A DNA stretch of 64,000 bases from Naegleria gruberi (Eukaryota), in NCBI GenBank assembly GCA_000004985.1, contig GG738856.1; one strand, written 5' to 3'. The notes under the pieces were generated by a model that worked only from the letters and a program-made list of their open reading frames with translations, was not told where the DNA came from and ran no database searches. This document shows, piece after piece, positions 43,278 through 55,657 of this stretch; within the stretch, counting starts at the first letter, position 1, and the number at the start of each line of letters is the position of its first letter. The position numbers and the translations under genes are program-made.

Positions 43278-45617
43278 ATGAAGAGAAGGTATTGTCCTGT
43301 TGTTTTACGCTCTCTCCTTGGAGTATCATCATCATCTCGTAGTGGAAAAGGCTTGAATTCAATCAATTTTTCCTCAACTTTGCAAGCCAATCTAACAAAA
43401 AACATTTCGAATGGAATGTTATGTTCCGAGAATTTTCATCATCATCATCACGGAAGAAGTATTGGTTTGGATTATATTAAAACAGCTTTTAAAGCTTTTT
43501 CAAAGAGTGAAACTGTAAATTCGGAACCAAAGACTGCTAGTAGTGAAAAACAAATTCAAAACGAGTCATCTACAAGTACAACAATAATTGATTCCGAATT
43601 TTCCAAGGATAAAGAATACAAGAAATTGGAATCCATGGAAAAGAAGAGAAGATTTGAGAATATTATTAATTATTACGTGTTAAATTGCAAGAAAAAGCCA
43701 CTTGCTAATCCAGATAGAGATTTTGCTCTCTACAAATTCTTTTTGAATGCCTTTTCAATGATTAGACAGGCTCACAGTGCTTTGGATTGTTTAAACGAGT
43801 TGAAGGAAAAAACTCACAAACCAATTCCGAGCAGTTATTGTGATATTGTCATTCATTCATTACTTTCTTCGGGAAGAGAGGAAGAAGCTACAGCTCTCCT
43901 TAAGGAAATGGAAAACACAATGAATTTAGTAATTGAAGGACCAGACAAAACTACATATACTAGATTTTTCGAATACTATTCAAAGGAAGGTAAACTGTAT
44001 CCTGCTTTATCGTTATTAGAGTCCGTTCACAAACAATACTCTATCGATAAAGCAACTAAACAAACAATGAAATATCAGCCAGTTCCTCCAGATTTTCCAA
44101 TGTTTAAAGCTGCTCTGAAACTGCTGACTGAACAAGGAAAAATGAAATTGGCCTCTAACTGTCTTTATTTAATGACCAAACATTACAAAATAGATGTCAA
44201 TGCTCCAATTTATGAATTATTTTTGAATGGTTATTGCAAAATGGGAGATATTCACTCAGCTAAGGGATACTTTGAAAGTATTAAATCCTTACAAAAGGCA
44301 GGACATGCATCATTGAATACATTAAGATTAACATATATTACTTTCATCAAGGCACTCTGTGAAAGTGGAGATCTCAACTCTGCCGAAGAAGTTTTGAAAG
44401 AGTTTCATGAAAGAAAATTCCAGGAAGATCCAGCTTTAATTGGAGCATTTATTGAGGGACATGCCAAAACAGGAAATATTCAAGCTGCTCTGGATATTTA
44501 TCATCAGTCTAGGGAAGCAGGATTACATATTTTCCCAAGTTCATTTGCATCTTTGATAAGGTCTTTTTGTAAGATGGGCAATTTTGAAATGGCCAACAGA
44601 ATTCTTGAGGAAGCTTTTACTACCTTTAAGGGAACAAGAGGTGATGAGCCATTGTCATACTGTTCTAACTTTTTACTGAGAGGATATTTGGATGCAGGAA
44701 AGCTTGTAGAAGCTTCCCACCTTTTTGAAAAGATGAAGTCAAGCGGTCAAAAGATAACTTCACACACATATAACTCATTAATTAACGGATTTTGCAAAGC
44801 AAATAATCAACAAAGAGCTATAGAAATTGTTGGAGAAATGAAAAACTCTCATGTTCAGCCAGATATTTACTCAATAGCACCAATTATTCAATCATTCTTA
44901 CAGAGCAATAACTTGGAGAATGCTCAAATGTTTTTGGATTTTGCAACTAAAAAGTTTAACATCAAGACAAATTTCCACATTTGTTGCATGTTTGTTCAAT
45001 ATGGTACTGTGCAAAGAAATGCAGAAATTGTTAATCAATATTATCAAAAGGGTATTGAATATGCTAAGAAAAATAGCTCTGAGAATTCTTTATACTTTTA
45101 CAATCAGGTACTTAATTATCATGCAATTTTCGGTAATGTTGAATTGTGTGAAAAAGTGCTATTAGATATGGCTAACATGTATACCCATCCAAACACTATC
45201 TCCTATCTTTACACCAGTACTGCTTTCGCTTTGCAATCCAAATTCTTAGAATCTAGGAAATATTTACAAAAGGTACCTGGCATTACTGTAGACGAAAATA
45301 GTAAGGAGGCACTGAGTTTGCCAGAATTGAAATTTATATTTCTCAAACTTATTGAAACCAAGTCTTTTTCATTAGCAAACACATTACTATATGATTGTCT
45401 TTTGCCAAATGGCATTGTTGATTTGGATATCTTGCACACTGGAATGAAATTGAATCTTGAAGTTGTGGACAGAGTTCAAAAATTATATGATTCATGTATC
45501 AAGTATAGTATTGAACCAGTTAGAGAAACAGAAGACCTTTTGCTTAAATCCAAGAGAATGGCAGAAAGTGAAAGCATTACAGAAGTATCAGACTTTGTAA
45601 AAGTGGTACGATATTAA
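43278..45617 (+). CDS. Pentatricopeptide/TPR-like helical-repeat protein, probably organellar
   Basis: Many degenerate 35-aa repeats (YCDIVIHSLLSSGREEEATALLKEM, TYTRFFEYYSKEGKLYPALSLLESV, TYNSLINGFCKANNQQRAIEIVGEMK...). The N-terminus MKRRYCPVVLRSLLGVSSSSRS is basic and hydroxylated, like a transit peptide. The first in-frame ATG is at 43278. Confidence 0.55.
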   Translation: MKRRYCPVVLRSLLGVSSSSRSGKGLNSINFSSTLQANLTKNISNGMLCSENFHHHHHGRSIGLDYIKTAFKAFSKSETVNSEPKTASSEKQIQNESSTSTTIIDSEFSKDKEYKKLESMEKKRRFENIINYYVLNCKKKPLANPDRDFALYKFFLNAFSMIRQAHSALDCLNELKEKTHKPIPSSYCDIVIHSLLSSGREEEATALLKEMENTMNLVIEGPDKTTYTRFFEYYSKEGKLYPALSLLESVHKQYSIDKATKQTMKYQPVPPDFPMFKAALKLLTEQGKMKLASNCLYLMTKHYKIDVNAPIYELFLNGYCKMGDIHSAKGYFESIKSLQKAGHASLNTLRLTYITFIKALCESGDLNSAEEVLKEFHERKFQEDPALIGAFIEGHAKTGNIQAALDIYHQSREAGLHIFPSSFASLIRSFCKMGNFEMANRILEEAFTTFKGTRGDEPLSYCSNFLLRGYLDAGKLVEASHLFEKMKSSGQKITSHTYNSLINGFCKANNQQRAIEIVGEMKNSHVQPDIYSIAPIIQSFLQSNNLENAQMFLDFATKKFNIKTNFHICCMFVQYGTVQRNAEIVNQYYQKGIEYAKKNSSENSLYFYNQVLNYHAIFGNVELCEKVLLDMANMYTHPNTISYLYTSTAFALQSKFLESRKYLQKVPGITVDENSKEALSLPELKFIFLKLIETKSFSLANTLLYDCLLPNGIVDLDILHTGMKLNLEVVDRVQKLYDSCIKYSIEPVRETEDLLLKSKRMAESESITEVSDFVKVVRY

Positions 45618-45620
45618 ATT

Positions 45621-48600
45621 TTACCTTTTATTGATTTTAGGATTAAACGAACACTCTTCCAATTCCTTTTCAATCAAACCATTCCTCAACATTTGAATTT
45701 TCTTATCACGAACCTCTTTATAGGCCATCATATTATCTACACGATCTTGAAAGTTTTCTCCTTCGAATGGATCAAGCTTTCTTGAATATTCTGATATTTT
45801 TGGTGTGAATTGTAAATCTCTATTCTCTATAGCCAACTGAAGTTCAATTTGATTTTGTAATAACTTGATTTGGGAAGCTAAATCTTCCAAGTTCAATCTC
45901 GCTTGTGAACTAGAAAGGAAAGTTCTGAATTGATCATAATTAAGAACAGCCTTGTTTCCAAAATTATGCTCTAAAAGTGGAACGACTAATGCCATTGGTT
46001 CTCCAAATTTTTCTAGCAATGGTTCAATAACACCGTGAAGCTTTCCAACTTGCATATTATCAGAGTTAGATTCAATACAGAATAAATTGAATAAGGAGAA
46101 TATCCTCTTCTCCTTCATGCCTTGGATGTATTTTGTACTCTCCTTGTTTGTGTGTCTAGTTGCTGCAATATTTTCAAGATATTGATCATATTGCTCCTTA
46201 ATGAATTGTCTTCTCTTTTGAACTTCCACTCCTTGTTTGTACAAATGTTCACAAATGTCAGACCTATCTGAGATGTCATTGTTATTGATTTGTGGTTTGA
46301 AAGGATTTTCCTTTTCAAAAACTTTCTCTCTCAGCTCTTCCATCTTTTTTTCTTTAATTTTTCCTGATTCCAACATTCTATTGATAAATGCTTGTTCTTC
46401 CTCTGGATTCTTCCACACTTTTGGTTTAACTAGTTGTTTCTTTTCTTCCTCTTCTCTCATATTTACAGCACTTTCAAATTACTTAGGAATTTAGTTGTTG
46501 AAATACTTACACTTGTCTTATTTTGGCATTTTGTTCTTCTTTTTCTTTAGCTTCCTCGAAAAGTTTTTTGTAAATTGGTCCTTCTTCTTTTGATCTTTTT
46601 TGTGAAATCAATTCGTTTGTTTTCTTGCTTAGATTTGGGGTAAATGTACACTCGGACATACTTTCTTTCATTATATAGTATTCCTTTACTCTTCTTCTCC
46701 TAGAGTCTTGTCTCATGAGTCTCATCTCTTCTAAACTTCCTGCACTACTATGAGCTCTGAGTTCAAAAGTTGGAGACTCTCCACTATTTCTCTTAAATGA
46801 TTCCATTGGTGAGTCAATCTCCCTAAATGTTCCCGATGCATGATATTTTCTGTTAATAATCTCGATAGAATTCCTGTTAAGAATAGGTTTTTCTCTCATT
46901 TCTTGCATTACCTTGGCTTCTTGTATCTTTTTCTGATTTGTAGCCCATTCCCTAGCTTTTGCCTGTTTTTCAATTCCTCCTTCATAAAGCCTATCAACAA
47001 TTTTATCACATAGAGCAGAGCTGGCACTACCAGGTCTTGTTTTCCTAGATTCTGATACGGGTTGGTCAAGAGAAATTGTGACTTTTCTTGTTCCCGCAGC
47101 TGATGAAGGCCTCTTAGTGAGTGAAGGTGATGTTGGCCTTATTATTGTTTTTCGTCTCTCTGTATTATTCATTGGTTCCGAAAGAGAGGAAGATGGTCTC
47201 CGTGTTAAACTAGATGCAGATGAAGGTCTATTTGTTGTTGTCTTCATCTTGGGAGTAGAAGATCTGTTAGGTTCTGAATTGCTCTCCTTTGTCTTTGAAC
47301 TTGTCTTTTTCTTGAGAGGTTCTTCATCTTCCGAACCTGACTTTTTCTTCATGTTTTTGCTCTTTTTCTTTTTTTCTGTTTTGCCTTGCTTTGATTCTTT
47401 TTCACTAAGAGTTTTATCCTCCTCAGCTTGGATTTTAGGGTCACACATTGGAGATGAGTACGATTCCTTAATTGTTTCCTCATTGTGTAAGATTGGAGCC
47501 TGTCGCATAATATTGTCAATGATTTGAAGTTTTTCCTTTGGAGAAAATTCACCCTCTGTTAAAAGATCTTCTGTTAAGGTTTTGATCACTTCTTTCTGCT
47601 TTTCAACAAGTGATTGGTATTTTTCCCTCTCAGTTTTGAGGAGGTATATTTGTTTGACTAATACTTCAGGTTCATCCTCTTTAATATTATCCGATGAGGA
47701 TACTAGAGTTTTGCCCATAAACTCCATCTTGTTGTGCAATAATTGGGAATACCCTTTCTTTGGCTTGGTTTCCATTGGTTTGTTTTTAGAGACAATGTGT
47801 GACTTGGTCTTTGCTAGCTCGACATCATGTTCCATCTGTTCAATTTCTACAAGCTTTTCCAGATTTTCAAGATCCTTCTCATATTTTCTTCTTGATGCTT
47901 TCAGTCTTTCCAATTCTCTATTTTCTTTATCCCATCTCTCCAATTTTAGAGATGTATTGAGATCAATAGGTTGACCTAATTTTGCAAACTCATCGGTCAA
48001 CTTTTCTTTGGATGAGCTTCTATCCTTAAAGTATTGTCTAAGCAATGCTTTTCTTGCATATTTGTATTTAGCATCCAAATTTAGGGTTAATGATATTGGT
48101 TGTTGTTGACTGGAGACTGGAAGAGACTCAGGAGGTGGAAGATCACTTAGCCTCTTTGAAGCCACTCCTTTTGCTATTTGGCTATCCTTTTTCAGATCAT
48201 CTTTCAGTTTAGTAAGCTCGGATTCTAAAAACATGGTCAATTCTTTATGCTCCAATTGGGCTAGCTCTTGTGAAGGGGATCCTGTCTTCATTCTAATTTC
48301 TTCCTGTTCTTCAATATCTGAAACATTGTGTTCAGGGGTATGTTCCTCAACGAAATAACTTTGTTTCACCCTTGGAGATATCTTTTTTGGAATTTCTTCC
48401 TTAGATACTGATTTAACCAAATGCTTGTTAGAATTTTGTGGGACTGAAATAGATTTAATTTCTTCCTCCTCATGGTGATTGTACATCTGTTCTTGAATCT
48501 CTTCTTGATAATTTTGTGCTTCTGTTATTTCGTCATCGCTTGATAATTCAGGATCTTCATCATCAAGATAATACTGATCAAAGTTGTCATTCTTAGTTTG

Positions 48601-49566
48601 ATACTTTGGTTCCTCAATAATTTCTTCTTCATAGTGTTCTTCTCCTGTAACCTCTATGTCGAGATTAGACTGGTTGAGATCAAAATATGTTGGTTCTTCT
48701 GGATCATATTGAGTTTGTTGAATGTTGTTAGTATTTTCAATTAGAATTTCATCCTTGGTTTCATTTTCCATGTTAATAATTTCTGTTTCATTAATTGCTT
48801 TTTTAAATACCTCAGGAGAAGAAAAATTATCCTGTTTCATTGGGTTATCCTCAATTTTAGATTCTTCCTGAATAAATGAATCCTCAAGTTTTTGAGAAGA
48901 GATGCTGCTCGGTGGTATTACTACTGGCATTGTGGAGTTTGCAAAAGATTCCTCATCAGTTTGGAAACTTCCAATTCTTTCTCTGTCAGTGGTAATGTCA
49001 ACTGGCTTTGGAGATGGTGGTCTTTGAATTGATTCATTGTTGATACTCATTGATTGATTTAAAGAAGGGAATTCATCATCTGAATCCTCAGATGGTGTTG
49101 TTGTAACATCTGCTGTTTTTATCTCTTTAGAGGATGCTTTTGGAATTTTGTACACATTGCTTGTTGCAGTATAGAATGGTGTTTCTTCCTCACTTTCAGA
49201 GTTGTCTGCTATTTTAATTTGATTGAGTTTATGTACAATGGAAGAACTTTCATTGTTTGTGATTTCTGTTTTAGGTTGTAACTTAGAAGTTTCTGGACTC
49301 GACACTGGACAATCCAATGTTTCTGCTGTCATTATATTATCAGCAAAAACTTGCAAATTCCCCTTTTTTGACTGAGCTCTTGGAAACGATAAATCGTCAC
49401 CAAATTCGTTTCTCTTATTAAATTGACTAGTTTTGTAAGAGCTATATGCTCTATTAGAGGATTTAGGAACCATTTGGATGAAATTGCTCTTCTTTTCTGG
49501 CTCATTTGAAGAGGTTGGAACAACATTCCCACAAATTGTCTCGGAGGTTGCATCAATAGCACTCAC
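45621..49566 (-). CDS. Very large acidic/basic coiled-coil protein of about 1290 aa. Two exons: 49566..46511 and 46455..45621 (55-nt GTAAGT intron joining the two track ORFs).
   Basis: ORF 46507..49566 ends ...IRQV*, where the stop is inside GTAAGT. Splicing at acceptor TATGAG|A gives ...IRQ-V-EEEEKK in phase 2. A motif C-(S/T)-F-(T/N)-P-x-(L/I)-(S/N)-K occurs near both ORF C-termini (ECTFTPNLSKK, ECSFNPKINK). The track start is GTG; the first in-frame ATG is at 49473, so the 5' end is unresolved. Confidence 0.45.
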
Positions 49567-49957
49567 ATTTGGTTCAGATATTTGATCGAGCTTGTCCTCC
49601 TTCTTTTTCTTATTCCCTATTCATGATGATGTGTTTAAATATATTTTATGATGATGATTACTACTACTCACTTTTAATCATATTCCAGAGACCCATTTTC
49701 AAATATTCAATATTCGGATGATGATGGATATTGAATTTGAGAAAATGTAGTGTAACGAACTACCTTAATTTTTTTTAAACTGTTTTTTCTGATTTGAAAT
49801 GGCGCGAAGTGTTTTTCTCTTTTACCGTTACTAAGACTATTGTTGATGGAGAAGCAAATGTCAGTGCAAATCTTGCTTCTTTGATGTTATTGTAGTTCTT
49901 TTTTCATACTTAATGTTCAAAAAGACAGGTCAGTTACAAGAAAAAAGAAAACTATTT

Positions 49958-51462
49958 TTAATGTTGAAGAGCAATACCCTTATCTGCAGTACTACTAGTA
50001 GCGATCTTATCATCACCATATGATAATTTCTTTTGAGAAGTGTAGGCAAAGTTTTTGAATGGGTTGCTATCAGAATTGTCTTCTTGATCGACGGTATTTT
50101 CATCCTCTTCTTCATTGTCACTATCGACAAGTGGTCTGAAATTGGAGGTATCTTCTGGATCAGAAACTTGAAGAACAATTGGTGGATGTTCATTTCTAAT
50201 TAAAGCCCAATTGATACCCTTGAAGAATGGATGTACCTTAATATCAGAAGCACCATTCTTGTGACCCAATCTCTTATCTTGATCAGATACTAAAAGCTTC
50301 TTGATAAGTTCCTTACAAGCTTTTGAGACAGGTTTGTCTTTGGGGAAATCCAATTTTTTGTGAAGAATACTATTAAAAGTATCTTTTTGTGAAGATCCCT
50401 TGAATGGAGTAGTACCAAAAAGCATTTCATAAATCAGAATACCAAAAGTCCACCAATCGACAGTTGAAGTATGTCCACAACCAGCAATAATTTCAGGACT
50501 GAGGTATTCAGCAGTTCCGACAAAGCTGTTAAATTGTTGAATTTGTTTTGTATCCAATTTACTCTTCTTATCTGATGAGAAAAATCCTTTAACAATTTTT
50601 GGAGTGACTGTTTGCACAGTTTGTTTAGAAAGATCAAAATCTGTAAGTCTGACATGTCCACTTTGGTGAAGTAAAATATTTTCTAATTTTCGTTAATATT
50701 AGTATTAATAATAATGAATATTCCATCATGAACATGATAAAAACATACCTGGTTTCAAATCACGATAGATAAAGCCCATAAAGTGCAAATATTCCAAAGC
50801 AAGAAGAACTTCAGCAGCATAGAATCTAACTGATGATTCTGGAAGACATTTTCCTGGTTGTTTTTGAAGCATACGGAAGAACTCTCCTCCACTACAATAT
50901 TCCATGATGAAATAAAGTTTATCCTTTGATTGGAAAGAGCTATAGAGAGTGACAATGAAAGGGTGATCTGTTGTTGCAAGAATTTCACGTTCGGTTAAAA
51001 CTCTTTTAACCTTATTTCTTTGAATCATTTCTTCCTTCTTTAAAACCTTCATGGCGAAATATCTACCAGTTTCCTTGTGTCTAACCAAATAAACTTTACC
51101 AACTATTTCCGATTGTGTAAGAAGTTACTACTATATAATAAATTTTAAAACATACCATCTCCACGACCTAAAAGTCTAATCTTTTTAAAGTGGCTTGGAC
51201 GAAGGTTCTTGTAATCAAATTTCTGTTTAGTTTCCGACAATGTATCAACACAAACACTGGTTTGATTGGACAAGGCCATTTCCTCAGCCATTAAATCAGA
51301 GAAGGACATATTGTGAGGAATTTGTCTGGCAAACACAGTTGGTTGTGCAATTTCAACATTGGCATTAGAATTGGATGTATGACTGGAAGACTCGGATGTA
51401 TCATCACGCATCGGTGATGTTGGTTGTGTTACTGTAGAAGTAGTATTATGATTATCACTCAT
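49958..51462 (-). CDS. AGC-family Ser/Thr protein kinase with a long insert between DFD and APE (AGC VIII / NDR-like). Three exons: 51462..51156, 51102..50749 and 50682..49958 (introns of 53 and 66 nt, donors GTATGT).
   Basis: After splicing the protein reads LLGRGD|[21 protein letters not shown]...FIYRDLKP|[19 protein letters not shown]...[11 protein letters not shown]...[21 protein letters not shown]...KRLG, followed by an AGC C-tail (HPFFKGINW). Exon phases are consistent. Confidence 0.75.
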
Positions 51463-52018
51463 TTTGTATTATGATTCGAGCTTTTTCGAAAAAGAGAGAA
51501 TTAAAATAGTTAGGGGAGAAGGAAAAATAAGAGAGTGTATATATCGTGTGTCGGTTGGGTTTTATAAAACAAGCAGGTACAAAAAGTAGTGTTGTACTCA
51601 GCAATGTTATTCTTGGTGTGTTGATGATTGATTTCGAGCGAACAAACGCTTTCTCTAATTTTTTTGGCTAAAGAAGAACGTTCTAGAGAATCAGAGAGCG
51701 AAAAAACTACAAATATTAACCTCAAACATAAACGGAATGGTCACCATAATTGGTAGTCATCAGAATCGTTTTTTTAATAATATTTATTAAATTATTTAAT
51801 ATTTGAATTGAAATATAATTGATTACAATGCTATGAAAAAGAAAGTGAATGTATGTTGAAATGAGTTTTAAAAGATCTTGTAATAATATCAAAGACAATT
51901 TTGAACTCGAGAGGTAATATTTATCAAAATATCTTCATGGCATATCAACATGTGTGAGAATTCGGTTCTCCGATTCCTTTCCTCTTCTTGTTCTATTTGG
52001 AAAATATCTATTTGAATT

Positions 52019-53413
52019 TTATTCATCTTCCTCTTCTGGCATTAGAATAATCTTTCTGAAAAATTGATTCAATTCAAATCGACACGCAAGTGCTAGTAAA
52101 TCCTCAACTCTGAATAATGCTCTATCAATTTCCAGTAATTGAGATTTGGTCTTATATTCCTTGAGGAATGTGAAAATATCAGAAATGAATTCATTGTTGG
52201 TGTTAGCAACAGTTCTGTAAGCTTTTATCAGAATGTTGGAATCAATCTCTCTAGTTCTCTGGTTGATAATTCCATTCTCGTAAAGATATTGATGAATGAG
52301 CAATTTCACTTGCAGAGTTAGATTGTGGTAAGATTCCAAAATTGGATTTAATGATTTCAACAAGATTTGGATCAAGTGGTGCATGTACAATATGTCGTTT
52401 CATACGAAACTCCACCCGATGAAAACTGTCAAGATGATATTCATACATTATTCCACTAGAACTATCTGAATGTAAGGTTGGATTGTACGTTGATGTAATA
52501 ATATTGCAATATCGTTTATCCACAACCAATAAATCACCAGTATCGTTCATGATTGTTCCATATGAACAATCTCCATGTAAATTCAAATGTCGAAATTTTC
52601 CAAATATGTCTGTCTCAATAGATACAACTCGATTCCTACTAAAATCTGGTGCAAAATAAATTATCAAACTTTCACATGTGGTTATAATTTTCAAATTATC
52701 CGCATCGTCCAAACACATGGAGGTCCAACTACTCGTGTTAATATTCCACCTATTGCTTTGAGATCCATCGGAGCTTTTTATTGCCTTAATAGATGAAATT
52801 GTGAATAAGATCAATTCTCAAAAATTGTAAAAACTTACCAACAGTTCGTTTTTTACACATATCAACAACTCATCCGTTGATTTTCTATAGACAGTTCTAT
52901 CACTGCAAATGTTGCTTGTCCATGCATGTTCAAAGTTTTGTGAGAATTAATCTTGGTAATTGAATTATCAAGACGTGTGCAGATGAGAAAATCCTGATCA
53001 TTATCTCCTTCAACAAGAATTACCTGCCTTGTGATGAATGGAAAGTTCAGTCGATACTTGGGCAGTTGAGACTCCAAGTCGAACACTATCATGTATTTCG
53101 AAAAAGTAGCTAGCAGCAGTTGTTTCTTATTGTGAACAGCAACAGAGTATGGTGTGGAATTGCATGGAAATATCTCATCATGATGATATAGCTCTTGCTC
53201 CAGAAAGTATACTACTCGAGTTTGCCTTAATGACTTCACTAGAAAGTCCTGCATTGGATGATTTTTCAACGGTCCATCAAGTATAAGAGTGGTTAATGCA
53301 CAAATCATGTGTGTATCTCCTCCCACCTCACAAAAAGACTCAAAATCACATTGATGTTCATCATCTTCCTGTAGGGAAAGTTTGACTTTTTTCAATGGAC
53401 GAAATTCACACAT
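52019..53413 (-). CDS. Hypothetical protein; multi-exon, structure unresolved (track ORFs 52862..53413, 52251..52814, 52019..52390)
   Basis: Three protein-like ORFs in series on the minus strand; the last two overlap in different frames, implying at least one intron. I could not place canonical GT..AG pairs confidently. No domain recognised. Confidence 0.3.
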
Positions 53414-53566
53414 TTTTTATAAAGAGGTACATCTTTATTAAGACGCGTGGGTCTGTCATCCAGAATAAGCTTTAATACCACCATTCCAGAAATATTGCAA
53501 CACCAAAAGTGATTCTGGTTAAGGAAAATTCTGTAGTTGGTCAAGTTAGCAAACGTTTTAGGATTT

Positions 53567-54730
53567 TCAATACACCTTATTGGGACAATCACTAGAATGT
53601 AAATCATACTGTAATTTAAAGTGCAAGGACAGAATCAGTTTTTGATTTGAACTGTTTGCAAGGCAGAGGAGATGTGAAAATTGGCCTCCTAGTTCGCTGG
53701 ACAGAAAACTTTTCTTTTCAATCACATCTTTAAGACGTAGCAATAGTGAAGCTCGTTCCATCAACGACACAAGGGAATTGGCTCTTGGTTGCTTTTCCTC
53801 ATGACCTTGAAGTTGGAGATCAATACCACCAAGAACTTGTTGAAGCTCTCTGGAACGGTCCATTCCAGATTGACCAATGTTATATTCTGGATGATTTTCA
53901 CAATTAAACAAGAGGAACATTAGTAGAAACATTGGAGAATTTCTCAATTCGTCCAACTTGGTAATACTCTTTGGGAATTCACCATCCATCATGAAAAAGT
54001 TGTTCTTATTCTTCTTACTTTCATTGTTTTGCACAGCAATTATGGTAGCCCAGTAATTTAACAATTTAGCTAACTCGAATCGTTCCTCTCTGTCTTCTTT
54101 TTCAATATTTTGATGAATGATGTGGGAAATCTCAAATAAAACATCCCAACAAGATGGACATGATCTTATTGAGGAAGGGATTGATCTTTCAAATGTATTA
54201 AGCTGAACCTTTGTCCTAGCTACATTTCCACATGTGGCAGTGACCCAACATGGATCAGTTCCAGTCTTGTACATGTTCAAATAGGATGTTCTGAAACAAA
54301 TATACCCCTGTTGATTATCAGAATTATCCATTAAGGTGTGTTTCAAATCCATCAGAACACATTTCACCTTCTCCTTTCTCTTCAGCACAATTTTAATATC
54401 TGAGCATAGATCATTTCTTGAATAAATAGCTGGTAAATAGGCATGAATAATCCAGCTATTATTGTGAGCGTTGTTGGAACCCTCCTTGGTGTTTGAAAAG
54501 ACAATACGAGAGAGTCTCTCCGAAGTTGTTACATTCTCTGGACATTCAATTCGAATGAGCAGTGCATTAAGCATCTGATTAATGACCATTTCATCTTGTT
54601 GAGAATATTCCCTCTCAACATTCATAGAGGCATAATCCTTACATGGCCCTTTAGAGTTTCTAAAGTATTTAAATAACGAAGATGATGATGAGGAGGTTGG
54701 TTTATTAAGGAGGAGAGTTGTTTCTTCCAT
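53567..54730 (-). CDS. Hypothetical protein
   Basis: 426-aa ORF. The likely start is MEETTLLL at 54730 (aaaaaATG context); the track start is TTG. No domain recognised. Confidence 0.35.
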   Translation of the reverse strand: MEETTLLLNKPTSSSSSSLFKYFRNSKGPCKDYASMNVEREYSQQDEMVINQMLNALLIRIECPENVTTSERLSRIVFSNTKEGSNNAHNNSWIIHAYLPAIYSRNDLCSDIKIVLKRKEKVKCVLMDLKHTLMDNSDNQQGYICFRTSYLNMYKTGTDPCWVTATCGNVARTKVQLNTFERSIPSSIRSCPSCWDVLFEISHIIHQNIEKEDREERFELAKLLNYWATIIAVQNNESKKNKNNFFMMDGEFPKSITKLDELRNSPMFLLMFLLFNCENHPEYNIGQSGMDRSRELQQVLGGIDLQLQGHEEKQPRANSLVSLMERASLLLRLKDVIEKKSFLSSELGGQFSHLLCLANSSNQKLILSLHFKLQYDLHSSDCPNKVY

Positions 54731-54911
54731 TTTTTCAAATTTGCTTTTTTTCACTGAGTTGGTAGTAGTAACCGATTTATATAGAGCACACACGCTGTGA
54801 TGGAATATTGAATGAGGTAGAGTAGTTGTTGTGAGGGAACACTTCAATTCTCATAAAAATCAAACTTCAGAACAAATGAGGGAAAATTGATATACATGTT
54901 GTGAATGAAAA

Positions 54912-55160
54912 TTATTTGAGTTTAACAACCTTTCGAACAATTTCCTTTACTTCTCTATAGAAATGCTTTCCATAAACTTTGGCCTTTCCAACATTGTCTG
55001 GTGCCGAATCGACAATCTTCTCCACCTGTTTCTCAGTCACTTGTACTATCTTTTGGACATTCTTATCGGAGGCAAGTTTCTTGGCCAATTTATCCTCAAC
55101 TTTGGGCATGATAATCTTTGAGAAAAACTTGGATACGAGTGTGCTTATAATTGAAAACAT
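54912..55160 (-). CDS. Small basic protein of 82 aa
   Basis: Clean ATG with an a-rich context; K/V-rich and helix-prone. No family recognised. Confidence 0.35.
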   Translation of the reverse strand: MFSIISTLVSKFFSKIIMPKVEDKLAKKLASDKNVQKIVQVTEKQVEKIVDSAPDNVGKAKVYGKHFYREVKEIVRKVVKLK

Positions 55161-55234
55161 TTTTTAATATTCTCTCTCTCCAAGAAGGTATCTCGTGTTT
55201 CTAGTGTACAATTTTAGTAAATTTCCAAACAAAA

Positions 55235-55579
55235 CTATTCCACAAGAATACTCTTGTAATGGCCACTGTGCAATCCAAGAAACTTTTCTCTCAGATAGGT
55301 GCATGTTACCTTTACTTTCCAATTGTGTTGGAGAGCATAATCGAAACATGCTTTCGCAAAAGGCATGGCAATTCCTTTTCCTCTGTATGCTTGTGGTACT
55401 TCAATGTGATAGAATTCATAGATATGAGTTGGAGTCACTTCGGAAATTTCATGGTGATCACGTTGATGATACTTTTTCTTTTCAAATGATAGAGTTGCAT
55501 AATGTTTACCATCATCCAATAGACATGAAAATTTATCGGATTTAAGTTCAAGCTTTTCAGCATACTGTTGCTCTGACAT
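55235..55579 (-). CDS. NATD1: GNAT-fold protein of the NATD1 / YjdJ-like family
   Basis: IYEFYHIEVPQAYRGKGIAMPFAKACFDYALQHNWKVKVTCTYLREKF matches the NATD1 C-terminal signature (FYHTEVP..RGKGLA..HVTCSY). The ATG at 55579 has an aaaaaaATG context. Confidence 0.6.
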   Translation of the reverse strand: MSEQQYAEKLELKSDKFSCLLDDGKHYATLSFEKKKYHQRDHHEISEVTPTHIYEFYHIEVPQAYRGKGIAMPFAKACFDYALQHNWKVKVTCTYLREKFLGLHSGHYKSILVE

Positions 55580-55657
55580 TTTTTTAATTATTTGGTGGTC
55601 ATGCAACGATTGACAACAGTAGTACATAAAAGGACTTTTTTTCTTTCTTAATAAAAT

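Noticed and set aside
50617-51145. Kinase appearing as three separate ORFs, a possible pseudogene
   Set aside because: The three ORFs join with correct phases through GTATGT...AG introns to give an uninterrupted AGC kinase.
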